Source: Mustelus asterias
Lineage: Eukaryota
Direction of reading: 5' to 3'
Length of the DNA: 64,000 nt
Assembly (NCBI RefSeq): GCF_964213995.1
Contig: NC_135823.1
Location: forward strand, 62,001-126,000
Shown here: positions 12,846 to 21,730 of the stretch, piece after piece
Layout of the letters: each line of letters opens with the position of its first letter
Numbering within the stretch: the stretch's first letter is position 1
The notes under the pieces: model-generated
What the model saw: the letters and a program-made list of their open reading frames with translations, nothing else
Told to the model about the DNA's origin: nothing
Databases searched by the model: none
Program-made: the position numbers and the translations under genes

Positions 12846-13586
12846 ATTCAGGTAGGAACATTTACTAAGAATTAAGAAAACAAAATCACCATTAAAATGG
12901 TGGTGTGTTGAAAGATGAATCATTCTCAAGGGCATTGGGAAAAAGCCAAGAGTTTAGACTAAATTGATGGTTCAAACAAATGACACTGGCTTGACGGGCA
13001 GAATGGCCTCTTTCTGTGCTGGAAATTGCCACAATTCTAAGCTTCGAGTCTATAAAATCCATTTACCCGGTGTTCAGACGGGAATATGGATTGCAGATAA
13101 TATTCTTTCAGGATTAAATGCATCAGTGTCCAATACCAGGGTACATCCAGTTAAGGCTCGGGACACATTTAATCTTGCAGATTTCATATTCATGCAGCCG
13201 AAATCCTGAACCAATTGCTAACATGCCTGGTCAGCCCTTAATCCCATCTCCAACGCACACACACTCACCCTAAAAATGTCTGTAAATTAGCTGAAGAGCC
13301 ACCGGAAACATATTTGTTCTAAACCCTTATAGAAACCGGAATCACACAGCTTACATTTGGTATTCAAAACCTGTTTCAATATTTAGATAACTCCGGCAAA
13401 GATATATTTTGAATTATTTCTTGCACAATGACGGTAGAAAATGCAGAATAGAATTTTAAAAACCGCTATGAGAAATTAGAAGCATGGAGAGGTGAAATTG
13501 CACTGCAGGTGATATCCTGTCTCAGAATGGCGGACACTTAGAAAAAATTCATTTTCCGCTTTGGTCGCCATCATAATATTGAGCCA

Positions 13587-13686
13587 CCAATCCGCCCGAA
13601 TTTGCACCGGCTGCACTTTCGGAATTTCCCGGGCAACAAGAAAAATGTTTCGACAACACGAGACATCCGGGAAACACACGGTGAGT
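13587..13686 (+). promoter_or_regulatory. Promoter-like cluster (CCAAT, GC box, octamer-like, NF-kB) followed by a splice donor
   Basis: CCAAT 13587, CCGCCC 13592, ATTTGCAC 13600, GGAATTTCCC 13621, CACG|GTGAGT 13681. Confidence 0.3.
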
Positions 13687-14054
13687 TTTCTCTCTTTCCC
13701 CTCGAGTTAGAGTTTTGGATCCTCGTTAAAGGCCAGGCGAGCGTAAAGCGTCTGTGGATGAAAAGTGATCAGTTAGTGCAATCCACATCATTATTATAGG
13801 GATAGGCGAGACCACTGAGTCCCCCACTCCACCCCTCCCCGCCCCCCCCCCCCTCCCGCCGCCCGCCACTCTATTCAATCGGTTCATAGCTGGAATGTAG
13901 CTCAACTCACAGTCACCCACCAATATTGAATAATCCTTAATCCACTCCCTAATATAAATCTAACTGTCGCAGTTTTGAGAGTTCCAATTGCCCAATGTTC
14001 TATATAGCTTTTTAGTGACCGGAATTCCGCTCCGCGTGCTGTGAAGAAGTGTTT

Positions 14055-15420
14055 TGATTTTATTTATTATTGTCACATGTATTACTATGCATTGAAAAGT
14101 ATTGTTTCCTGCCCAGTATACAGACAAAGCATACCGTGTACGGAGGAGGAAAGGAGAGGGTGCAGATTATAGTGTTACAGTGACAGCTAGGGTGTAGAGA
14201 AAGTTCAACTTAAATGAGTCAGGTCAATTCTAATGTCTGATGGCAGCAGGGAAGAAGCTGTTCTTGCGTGGGTTGGTACGTGACCTCAGACTGATGTATC
14301 TTTTTCCCGAAGGAAGAAGGTGGAAAAGAGTATATCCAGGGGTCCTTGATTGTGCTGGCTCTTTTTTACATAGAAACGTAGAAGATAATAGCAGGAAGAG
14401 GTCATTTGGCCCTTCGAGCCTGCTCCACAACTCATTACGATCATGGCTGATCGTCCAGCCGAATAGCCTAACCCTGCTTTCTCCCCATAACCTTCGCCAC
14501 CAGGTGCGATATCCAGCCGCCTCTTGAATACATTCAATATTTTGGCATCAACTACTTCCTGTGGTAATGAATTCCACAGGTTCACCACGCTTTGTGTGAA
14601 GAAATGTCTCCTCATCTCCGTCCTAAATGGTCTACCCCGAAACCTCAAACTGTGATCCCTGGTTCTGGACTCCCCCACCATCGAGAACATCCTCCCGCAA
14701 TCTACCTTGTCTAGTCCTGTTAGAATTTTATAAGTCTCTGTGAAATCCCCCCTCATTCGTCTGAACTCCAGCGAAAACAATCCTAACCTAGTCAATCTCT
14801 CCTCATAGATCGGTCCCGCCATTCCCGGAATGAGCCTGGTAAACCTTCGCTGCACTCCCTCGAGAGCAAGAACACCCTTCCAAAGTGGATACGCTTGGTA
14901 TGTGTCCTGCTCTGTCCAGGACCACAAGAACTGGTCGAATCCCATCACTCAAACCAGCCTCCCATCCATTGACTCTGTCTGCATTTCCCGCTCTCTCGGA
15001 AAAGCAACCAGCATAATTAAGGACCCGACGCATTCCGGACTTACTCTCTTCCACCTTCTTCCGTCGGGAAAAAGATACAAAACTCTGAGGTCACCTACCA
15101 ACCGACTCAAGAACAGCTTCTTCCCTGCTGCCATCAGGCTTTTGAATGGACCTACCTCGCACGAAGTTGATCTTTCTCTACGCCCTAGCTATGACTGTAA
15201 CACTACATTCTCCACTTTCTCCTTTCCTTCTCTATGAACGGTATGCCTTCTCGGTATAGAGCGCAAGAAACAATACTTTCACTGTACCCCAATACACGTG
15301 ACAATAATAAATCAAATCTACGTATTCTATAAATGGTATGCTTTGTCTGTATAGCGCGCAATAAATAATACTTTTCACTGTAAGCTAATGCATGTGACAA
15401 TAATAAATCAACTCAAATCA
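14055..15420. mobile_element. Cluster of Rex1 3' ends (minus 14055-14360, plus 14890-15420) and a CR1 fragment (minus 14370-14882)
   Basis: LFHLLPSGKRY..KNSFFPAAIR and [14 protein letters not shown] motifs. Confidence 0.8.
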
Positions 15421-15621
15421 AATGTTCCACGAATGAATTGAACAAAAAAGCTAACTTGGAAGTAGTGTCATTCGGCCTCGAAACTTTCTCTGTCCGTGGA
15501 AGCCGCCAGGCTGTTTGAGATAATCCAGAATTTTCTGTGTTGGTTATGAATTCTAAACCGCGGATTAATAAATAATGAAAAGTATCCGTGTGGTATAGCA
15601 ACAACAATTCCATTCATTCAC

Positions 15622-15669
15622 CTCTTCATTCTGTTTGTGTTCTCAGTTCCTCATCACTGTTCGCGGTTC
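15622..15669 (-). CDS. Exon 5, cytoplasmic GTANSDEELRTQTE* (stop 15628-15626, donor after 15622)
   Basis: Acceptor CTTTCTAACAG, 48-nt exon, donor AGAG|GTGAA; phase 1 at both ends. Confidence 0.65.
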
Positions 15670-15808
15670 CTGTTAGAAAGAGTGATTTAAACTGAAATTT
15701 AAACTGGCTACATTTCACACCGAACCCGCTCAGAAGTGTCAATAACTCAGCGATAAATGTGTGGATTGAGAGCGCCTCGCAGTAACAGCGTCCTCCAACA
15801 ATCGCTAC

Positions 15809-15928
15809 CTCTCTGCCGGTTCCTGCAGATCCTTCTTCCGGCCACAAGGACCAAGCCCAGAAGGAGAACCGCCGCAGCCGACAAACGCCCGGAAAACAGT
15901 AAATGACAGGTGGTCGGGAAGGGAGAAT
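15809..15928 (-). CDS. Exon 4, connecting peptide and transmembrane: DSPFPTTCHLLFSGRLSAAAVLLLGLVLVAGRRICRNRQR
   Basis: Acceptor TTCTTTTTGCAG, 120 nt, donor AGAG|GTAGC; ~22-aa hydrophobic segment followed by basic stop-transfer residues. Not shown in this frame by the ORF track. Confidence 0.82.
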
Positions 15929-16194
15929 CTGCAAAAAGAATTAAACTTTTACTGAAAGAAAATCAAGTGTGGAAATAATTAAACAAGCGAAGGATTTTGT
16001 CCAATCTAACTGTCCAATTTAACAGAAAAATGGTCAAAAGTATTTGCACACTTTCCCATTATGTAATAGAGTAGCACTTTTACAATAGGACACAAGGCGA
16101 GGTAGAGAGACAGTGACAGGGAGACTGAGCATTTTTTGAACAGGGCACACAGAGAGATGGAAGGAGAGAGTGAAAGATTCAGGGAGAGAGTAAC

Positions 16195-16507
16195 CATCGA
16201 ATCCCACAGTGCAGAAGAAGACCATTCGGGCCATCGCGTCTACACTGACAATAATCCCACCCTATCCCCGTCACATCACGCATTTACCCTGCTAATCCCC
16301 CTGACAGTCGGGTCAATTTAGCATGGCCAATCAACCGAACCCGCACATCTTTGGACTGTGGGAGGAAACCGGAGCACCCAGAGGAAACCCACGCATTCAC
16401 GGGGAGAATGTGCAGACTCGACACAGACAACCCCCGAGGCCGGAATTGAAACTGGGGCTCTTGGCGCTGTGAGACATCAGTGCGAACAATTGTGCCACCG
16501 TGTTGCC
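16195..16507 (-). mobile_element. HE1/V-SINE-like SINE in intron 3
   Basis: Complete head, central domain and CR1-like tail. Confidence 0.8.
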
Positions 16508-17469
16508 CAATCGAGAGATTTTTAAAAAGCACTTTTCCAATGGGACACAGGGAGAGGCAGAGAGAGAGAGTGACAGAGGGACTGCGCACTTTTTGAACAT
16601 AGAGAAAGGAGGAGAGTGTGAAAGATTCAGGGAAGAGAAAGAACCAAGATGTTACAAAGCCCAGTTTAAACAACAGAGAAATAAAGCACGAAGTGGAATC
16701 ATAGAGTCATAGAGGCTTACAGCATGGAAACAGGCCCTTCAGACCAACTTGTCCATCCCGCCCCTTTGTTAACAACTAAGCTAGTCTAATTTGCCCGTGT
16801 TTGGCCCATATCCCTCTGTACCCATCTTACCCATGTAACTGTCCAAACGCTTTTTAAAATACAAACTTGTACCCGCCTCTACCACTGCCTCTGGCAGCTC
16901 GTTCCAGACACTCAACACCCAGTGTATGAAAAAATTGTCCCAGATATATTGACAGAATAAATGATTCAAAGATAGAGCAGCAATCTGAGAGAACACCGTT
17001 CAAAGATAGAGAGATAGGCAGAGACGATAACTTATACAGAAGTATTTAGTTCAATTTTCAATAGGGAAAGATTCAGAGAGCTTTTGAGAAAGAGCGAAAA
17101 GAAGAGAACAAAATAGATATCATTGGAGAGCGATAGGTAGACACTTAGATGAAGCACCATGTAACTAGCACAAAAATAGTAAACATAGAACGCTGGAGAA
17201 TGCAAGATAAACCAATAAATAGAGGGAAAGAGAGAGAGACAGAGAGAGGGCGATGAATATCTGAAGTTAGAGTGAGAGTGAAAGAGAGTGACAGACTGAC
17301 TGAGAAAGCTACACCAGGGTATAAATTGAATATTGATAGAGAGAAAGGGTGGGGATTAGGTGGGGGGGGGGGGGGGGTGGGGGGGGGGGTGGTGGTGGAT
17401 GGTGGGGGAGAGAGATTGTAAACAGGGGAAGATAAACAACTAGACATATCGTAGTATGCCTGCAGAACA

Positions 17470-18160
17470 CAACAAGGCCTATCGGCCTATCGAGCCTGCG
17501 CGACAATAGTCCCACCCAGGTCTCAACCACTTAATCCCAAATATTTACCCTGACACTAAGGGACAATCTACCATGGCCAACGCACCTGGCCTACACATCT
17601 TTGGACACTAAGGGGCAATTTAGCATGGCCAATCCACCTAACTCGCACATCTTTGGACATTAAGGGGCAATTTAGCATGGCCAATCCACTTAACCCGCAC
17701 ATCTTTGGACACTAAAGGGCAATTTGCCATAGCTAATCCAACTAACCTGCACATCTTGGACACTAAGGGGCAATTTACCATGACTGATCTACCTGACTTA
17801 CACACCTTTTGACACTAAGGGGCAATTCAGCCTGGCCAATCCACCTCGCCTGCACAGTTGTGGACACAAAGGGGCAATTTAGCATGGCCAATCCAACTAA
17901 CCTGCTGATTCATGACACTTGGGCTCAATTAACCATGGCCGATCCACCTGGCCTACACATCTTTGGACACTAAGGGGCAATGTAGCACGGGCAATCCACC
18001 TAATCTGCATATCTTTCGACACTAAGGGTCCATTTAGCACGGCCAATCCACCTAACCTGCACATCTTTCGACACTGAGGGGCAATTTAGCATGGTCAATC
18101 CACCTAACCCACACATCTTTGGAGTTTGGGAGGAAACAGGAGCACCCGCAGGAAACCCGG
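17470..18160 (-). repeat. SINE with internal tandem array of about 11 x 52-bp units
   Basis: Unit GACACTAAGGGGCAATTTAGCATGGCCAATCCACCTAACCTGCACATCTTTG, period 52. Confidence 0.85.
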
Positions 18161-18680
18161 TGTAACTGAATGGGATTGAAGTAGAGAGAGACGAAGGGAT
18201 GAATAAATGGTTCACCGCCGTGCTGAGATAGAGTGCGACACGGGGATATAATCACACATTTCAATTTGACACACAGGCAGATTGGTCCTTGACCTTCAGA
18301 CATGTAACGGTGTCTTAGCCAGATGCAAGAAGTGGGAGAGGGGAAGAGGCCATTCGGCCTATCTCGCCTATTCTGCCATCCAATAACACCATGGCTAACC
18401 GTGCACATAAACATCACTTTCCCGCCCTTTCTCTTACCCATTATTCTATCCCTTCTGGCGAATCTGTTTCAGTGATTAAACATCCAAGGCTCTCTACGGT
18501 AGCGAAGAAGAGTTAAAATATCAGAAAACGAAACTGGGAGGGCTGTGATAGGCCAGTGTTGATTTAGATTTCAATGGAGATGCCCGCAGAGACATTTGTA
18601 ATTTACAAAGTTGGACTGCTCTTAGTAAAGTGTCCCGTTAATATTAAATGGATTGAAAAATGGTCATTGTGAATAGCTAC

Positions 18681-18986
18681 CTCTCTGAGATGAGACACTT
18701 TCACTGAGAATACTTTCACTGGAGTTGACCTGAACGGTGCAAGTACAGCGAGCGCCGCTTCTCCAAGTTTCCGCCGGGAGGCTGATGTAACTCCTGACGG
18801 TGTAGGTCCCGTCCGGCTCCAGTGTCCCTGAATCGGTCTGTCCCTCGGTATCCCGTCCCGAAACATTCCAGAGGACGGGAAAGGAATCGGGAGACACGCC
18901 TCTGACCAAACACAACAACGGGACTCTTTCCATGGCGGGAATCTCATCCAGCGGCGGAGTGAGGAGGAATATGGTGGGAGAACCCG
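18681..18986 (-). CDS. Exon 3, C1-set Ig constant domain AGSPTIFLLTPP..LLCLVRG..VLWNVSG..PDGTYTVRSYISL..WRSGARCTCTVQ
   Basis: 306-nt open exon with acceptor TTTAG and donor AGAG|GTAGC. C1 motifs PxxFLLxP, LxCLV, W, DGTY, WxxG, CxV. A 99-nt intron separates it from the VJ exon. Confidence 0.9.
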
Positions 18987-19085
18987 CTAAATCCGGAAAA
19001 ACAAAAGGGGAACCCATTGACAAATGGAACAGGACACATTAATTGCTCTGAGGTCCCACATCAATGTAATAATAATGGAATTTAC

Positions 19086-19399
19086 CTGTAATCACTAACT
19101 TGGAGCCATTTCCGAATATTTGGGCCAGTAATATATCCCAGAATCATTTATCCGGGAATCCGCAATGGTTAGTGAATAAATACGCCGTTTTTCAGAAATC
19201 TCGCTGGAAAATCTCCCCTCAGCTGGGCTGTTCTGGTACGCTCTGTAAATGAAATCCATGTGGTTTCTCTCCCTCTGTCTGTACCAGAAGACAGAGCCAG
19301 CAGCTTGACCCTGGATGCGGCAGCTGAGATTAACAGGACTCCCCGCAAGGAGCGTCAGAACCGGCGGAGACTGGGACAAGGTGACCTGAGACATTGTAA
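19086..19399 (-). CDS. Exon 2, germline-joined VJ Ig domain: VTMSQVTLSQSPP..NLSC..VFWYRQ..YSLTI..DSGIYY[C]AQIFGNGSKLVIT
   Basis: Acceptor (CT)n-TTTCCCAG, donor ACAG|GTAAA. V-set hallmarks: first Cys, WYRQ, LTI, DSGxYY. A J motif FGNGSKLVIT lies in a shifted frame immediately downstream, with the frameshift at 19125/19126. Confidence 0.9.
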
Positions 19400-19489
19400 C
19401 TGGGAAAGAGAGAGAGAGAGAGAACAACAGTCACCAGAGGTTATGGAGCTTTCCCTGAAGACAGCGGACTGAAAGCCAATTGGGAGTAA

Positions 19490-19865
19490 ACCTCAAACCA
19501 GTCTTCCATCCATTGACACTTCCCGCTGCCTCGGCAAAGCAGCCAGCATAATTAAGGACCCCACGCACCCCGGACATTCTCTCTTCTCTCTTCCACCTTC
19601 TTCCGTCGGGAAAAAGATAATAAGTCTAAGGTCACGTACCAACCGACACGAAACAACTTCTTCCCTGCTGCGGTCAGACTTTTGAATGGTCCTACCTAAC
19701 AGAAAATTGATAATTCTCTACACTCTAATTATGATAACACGACATTCTGCACTCCCTCCTTTCCTTCTCTGTGTACGGTATGCTTTGTCTGTATAGTGCG
19801 CAACAAACAATACATTTCACTCTATAGTAATACACGTGACAATATTAAATCAAATCAAATGAAAT
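19490..19865 (+). mobile_element. Rex1/Babar 3' end in intron 1
   Basis: Same 3' motifs as other copies and (AAATC)n tail. Confidence 0.8.
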
Positions 19866-20349
19866 CACAAAAATGCCCGATTCAGAAAAAGAAATCGCAC
19901 CATTAAAATCGCTCTGATTATGGTGTTAGTTGCCCCATTTTCCTCCTCCCTTTCGAAAGGTATAATACCAGTCCATTCACCAGTAAATCTGGTTTAAACA
20001 CTGGGGAGGGGACACATGGAAACCAAGTGATGTTAATCACATAGAGAGGTTCAGTGAAATTACGTTTCTCAACTATTGCTTACATCCCGTGTCTCTCCTT
20101 AAATGAAAGCAAATGACTGGGGATGCCTGGAACTGAACAAAAAACAGAAGATGCTGGGAAACCTCAGTGGGGGTACGGGAATTGTGATCAGTGCCGACTC
20201 GATCGGCCAAGTGGCCTCCTTGTGCGCTGAACAAACTGACTCTATGATTCTCGGTCTGAGAGCATCAGTGGAGGGAGAATAGACCCGACGTTTCCAGTCT
20301 GGATGATTCTCGGTCAGAGTTCCATTGCCTCTCCGCCGATGCGCTCAGA

Positions 20350-20662
20350 ATCCTAGAATGACAGAATCCCTACAGTGCTGAAAAAGGCCGTTTGGTCCAT
20401 CGAGTCTGCACCGATCACAATCCCTCCCAGGCCCTAATGCCGCAAACCCATATATTTACACTGCTAATCTCCTGATACGAAGGGGCAATTTAGCATGTCC
20501 ATTCAAACTAACCCGCACATCTTTGGACCGTGGAAGGAAACTGGAGCACCCGGAGGAAACCCACGCAGACACGGGGAGAACGTGTAAACTCTGCAGACAG
20601 TGGCCCAAGCCGGGAACCCAAGCCTGGCGCTGTGATGCATCAGTGCGAAGCACTGTGTCGCT
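20350..20662 (-). mobile_element. HE1/V-SINE-like SINE in intron 1
   Basis: Head, central domain and tail. Confidence 0.8.
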
Positions 20663-20982
20663 GAGATGTTCCAGTACTTTCTATTTTTGCTTCGTTTCTG
20701 CTTCTCCTCCGTTGACTGTGGACGCTAAAGTTTGTTCAACAGTTTATAACTGACTCTGACGTTCCACTTGAAGTTCGAGCTTTCTCTCCAAAGTGGTCAA
20801 CATTGTTAATGGAGCCCATTGACATATCATATCTCGTGAGAAATGGCAATTCGGATCAATTAAACTCTAATCATTGTTATTAATCGACGTTCCATTTTGT
20901 CAGTAACATTTGTTTCATTGTTAAGTTAAACTTGCACGCTGAATCACACCTTATAGCACGGCAGAAGACGGGGAGAAGGTAG

Positions 20983-21155
20983 GTGGGGGGGGGGGAAGGT
21001 GGAGGGTGGGGGAGGGTGGGGGGCGTGGGGGGGTGGGGGCGTGGGGGGACGTGGGGGGGGGGTGGAGGGGGGGTGCGGGGGGGAGGGGTGGGGGGAAGGG
21101 GTGTGGGGGAGGGGGTTGGGAGGTGGGGGGAGGTGGGGGGTGGGAGGTGGGGGGA
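20983..21155 (+). repeat. G-run tract (G-quadruplex potential) in intron 1
   Basis: About 170 nt with more than 20 runs of G3 or longer. Confidence 0.85.
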
Positions 21156-21508
21156 CCGTTCGGCCGTTCGAGTCGGTGTTGAATCTTTGAAAGATTTCGC
21201 TAACATTACTGAATTTTCCCTCTTAAATACGTATCCAATTCCCCCATTTTGAAAGTTCCAATTGCCGCTTTTGAAAGTTCCTGTTGAATCTGCTTCCTCC
21301 GCCCTTTCAGGCAGAGCCTTCCAAATCGCAACAACTCAGATGGGTAAAAAAATATAACTCCCCTCATCTCCCTCTCTGTTACTATTACCAAATTCTTCAA
21401 TCCATGCTCCTTTGGCTCCAGACACTCGTGCCAACGGAAACAGTTTCTGCCTCTTCGCTCTATCTAAATCCTTCTCCACTCTATCTGAATATAATGAGGA
21501 TATCTCAC

Positions 21509-21551
21509 CCTGAAAGAGATGGAACAGTGCACAGATACCGAGGAAACTCAT
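21509..21551 (-). CDS. Exon 1, signal peptide MSFLGICALFHLFQ-(G)
   Basis: ATG in good context (ggacaATGa), hydrophobic 14 codons + 1 nt, donor CAGG|GTGAG; continues in frame into VTMS-QVTL of the V exon. Confidence 0.8.
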
Positions 21552-21712
21552 TGTCCTTGCGCCAGACCGTGAGACTCTGAGCCCCGGATCCGAATCTGAC
21601 AGAGATCTCGCTCTTGTTCTCTCTGTGTGGGGGAGGTGTGAAATATGCGCATTGTGTATATGAATGAAAACACGACTGGGGTTTGAAAATAGAACCGAGG
21701 TAGGGAGCTCTC

Positions 21713-21730
21713 TGCGGTTTTCCTGTTTAC
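21713..21730. promoter_or_regulatory. Composite RUNX (TGCGGT) / ETS (TTCCTG) / FOX (TGTTTAC) motif about 170 bp upstream of the IgSF ATG
   Basis: Sequence TGCGGTTTTCCTGTTTAC; motif match only. Confidence 0.4.

Larger units (their letters stand above)
15626..21551 (-). pseudogene. Non-rearranging VJ-C1-TM IgSF receptor gene (antigen-receptor-like, PRARP/VJC1-like); frameshifted in this assembly; 275 aa if 1 nt is restored
   Basis: Five exons read by hand (21551-21509, 19399-19086, 18986-18681, 15928-15809, 15669-15626), all with GT-AG boundaries and phase-1 junctions typical of IgSF genes. The VJ exon is 314 nt, one short of a multiple of 3. Confidence 0.85.

Noticed and set aside
13269-13311. 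Second leader-like mini-exon MFPVALQLIYRHF*G|GTGAG (minus)
   Set aside because: In-frame stop, weak hydrophobicity and no V exon downstream.
16205-16240. CACAGTG heptamers (here and in many SINE heads) as possible RSS
   Set aside because: They lie within SINE sequence, have no correctly spaced nonamer that I can find, and do not abut the V or J coding ends.
17550-18120. CRISPR-like regularly spaced repeats
   Set aside because: Contiguous 52-bp units with no unique spacers, inside a vertebrate SINE; no cas genes.
19095-19427. Stand-alone secreted V-only (VpreB-like) protein from the frameshifted ORF
   Set aside because: It lacks the second Cys and the G strand, and downstream introns would make it an NMD target; the intact J and phase-1 donor in the shifted frame explain it better.
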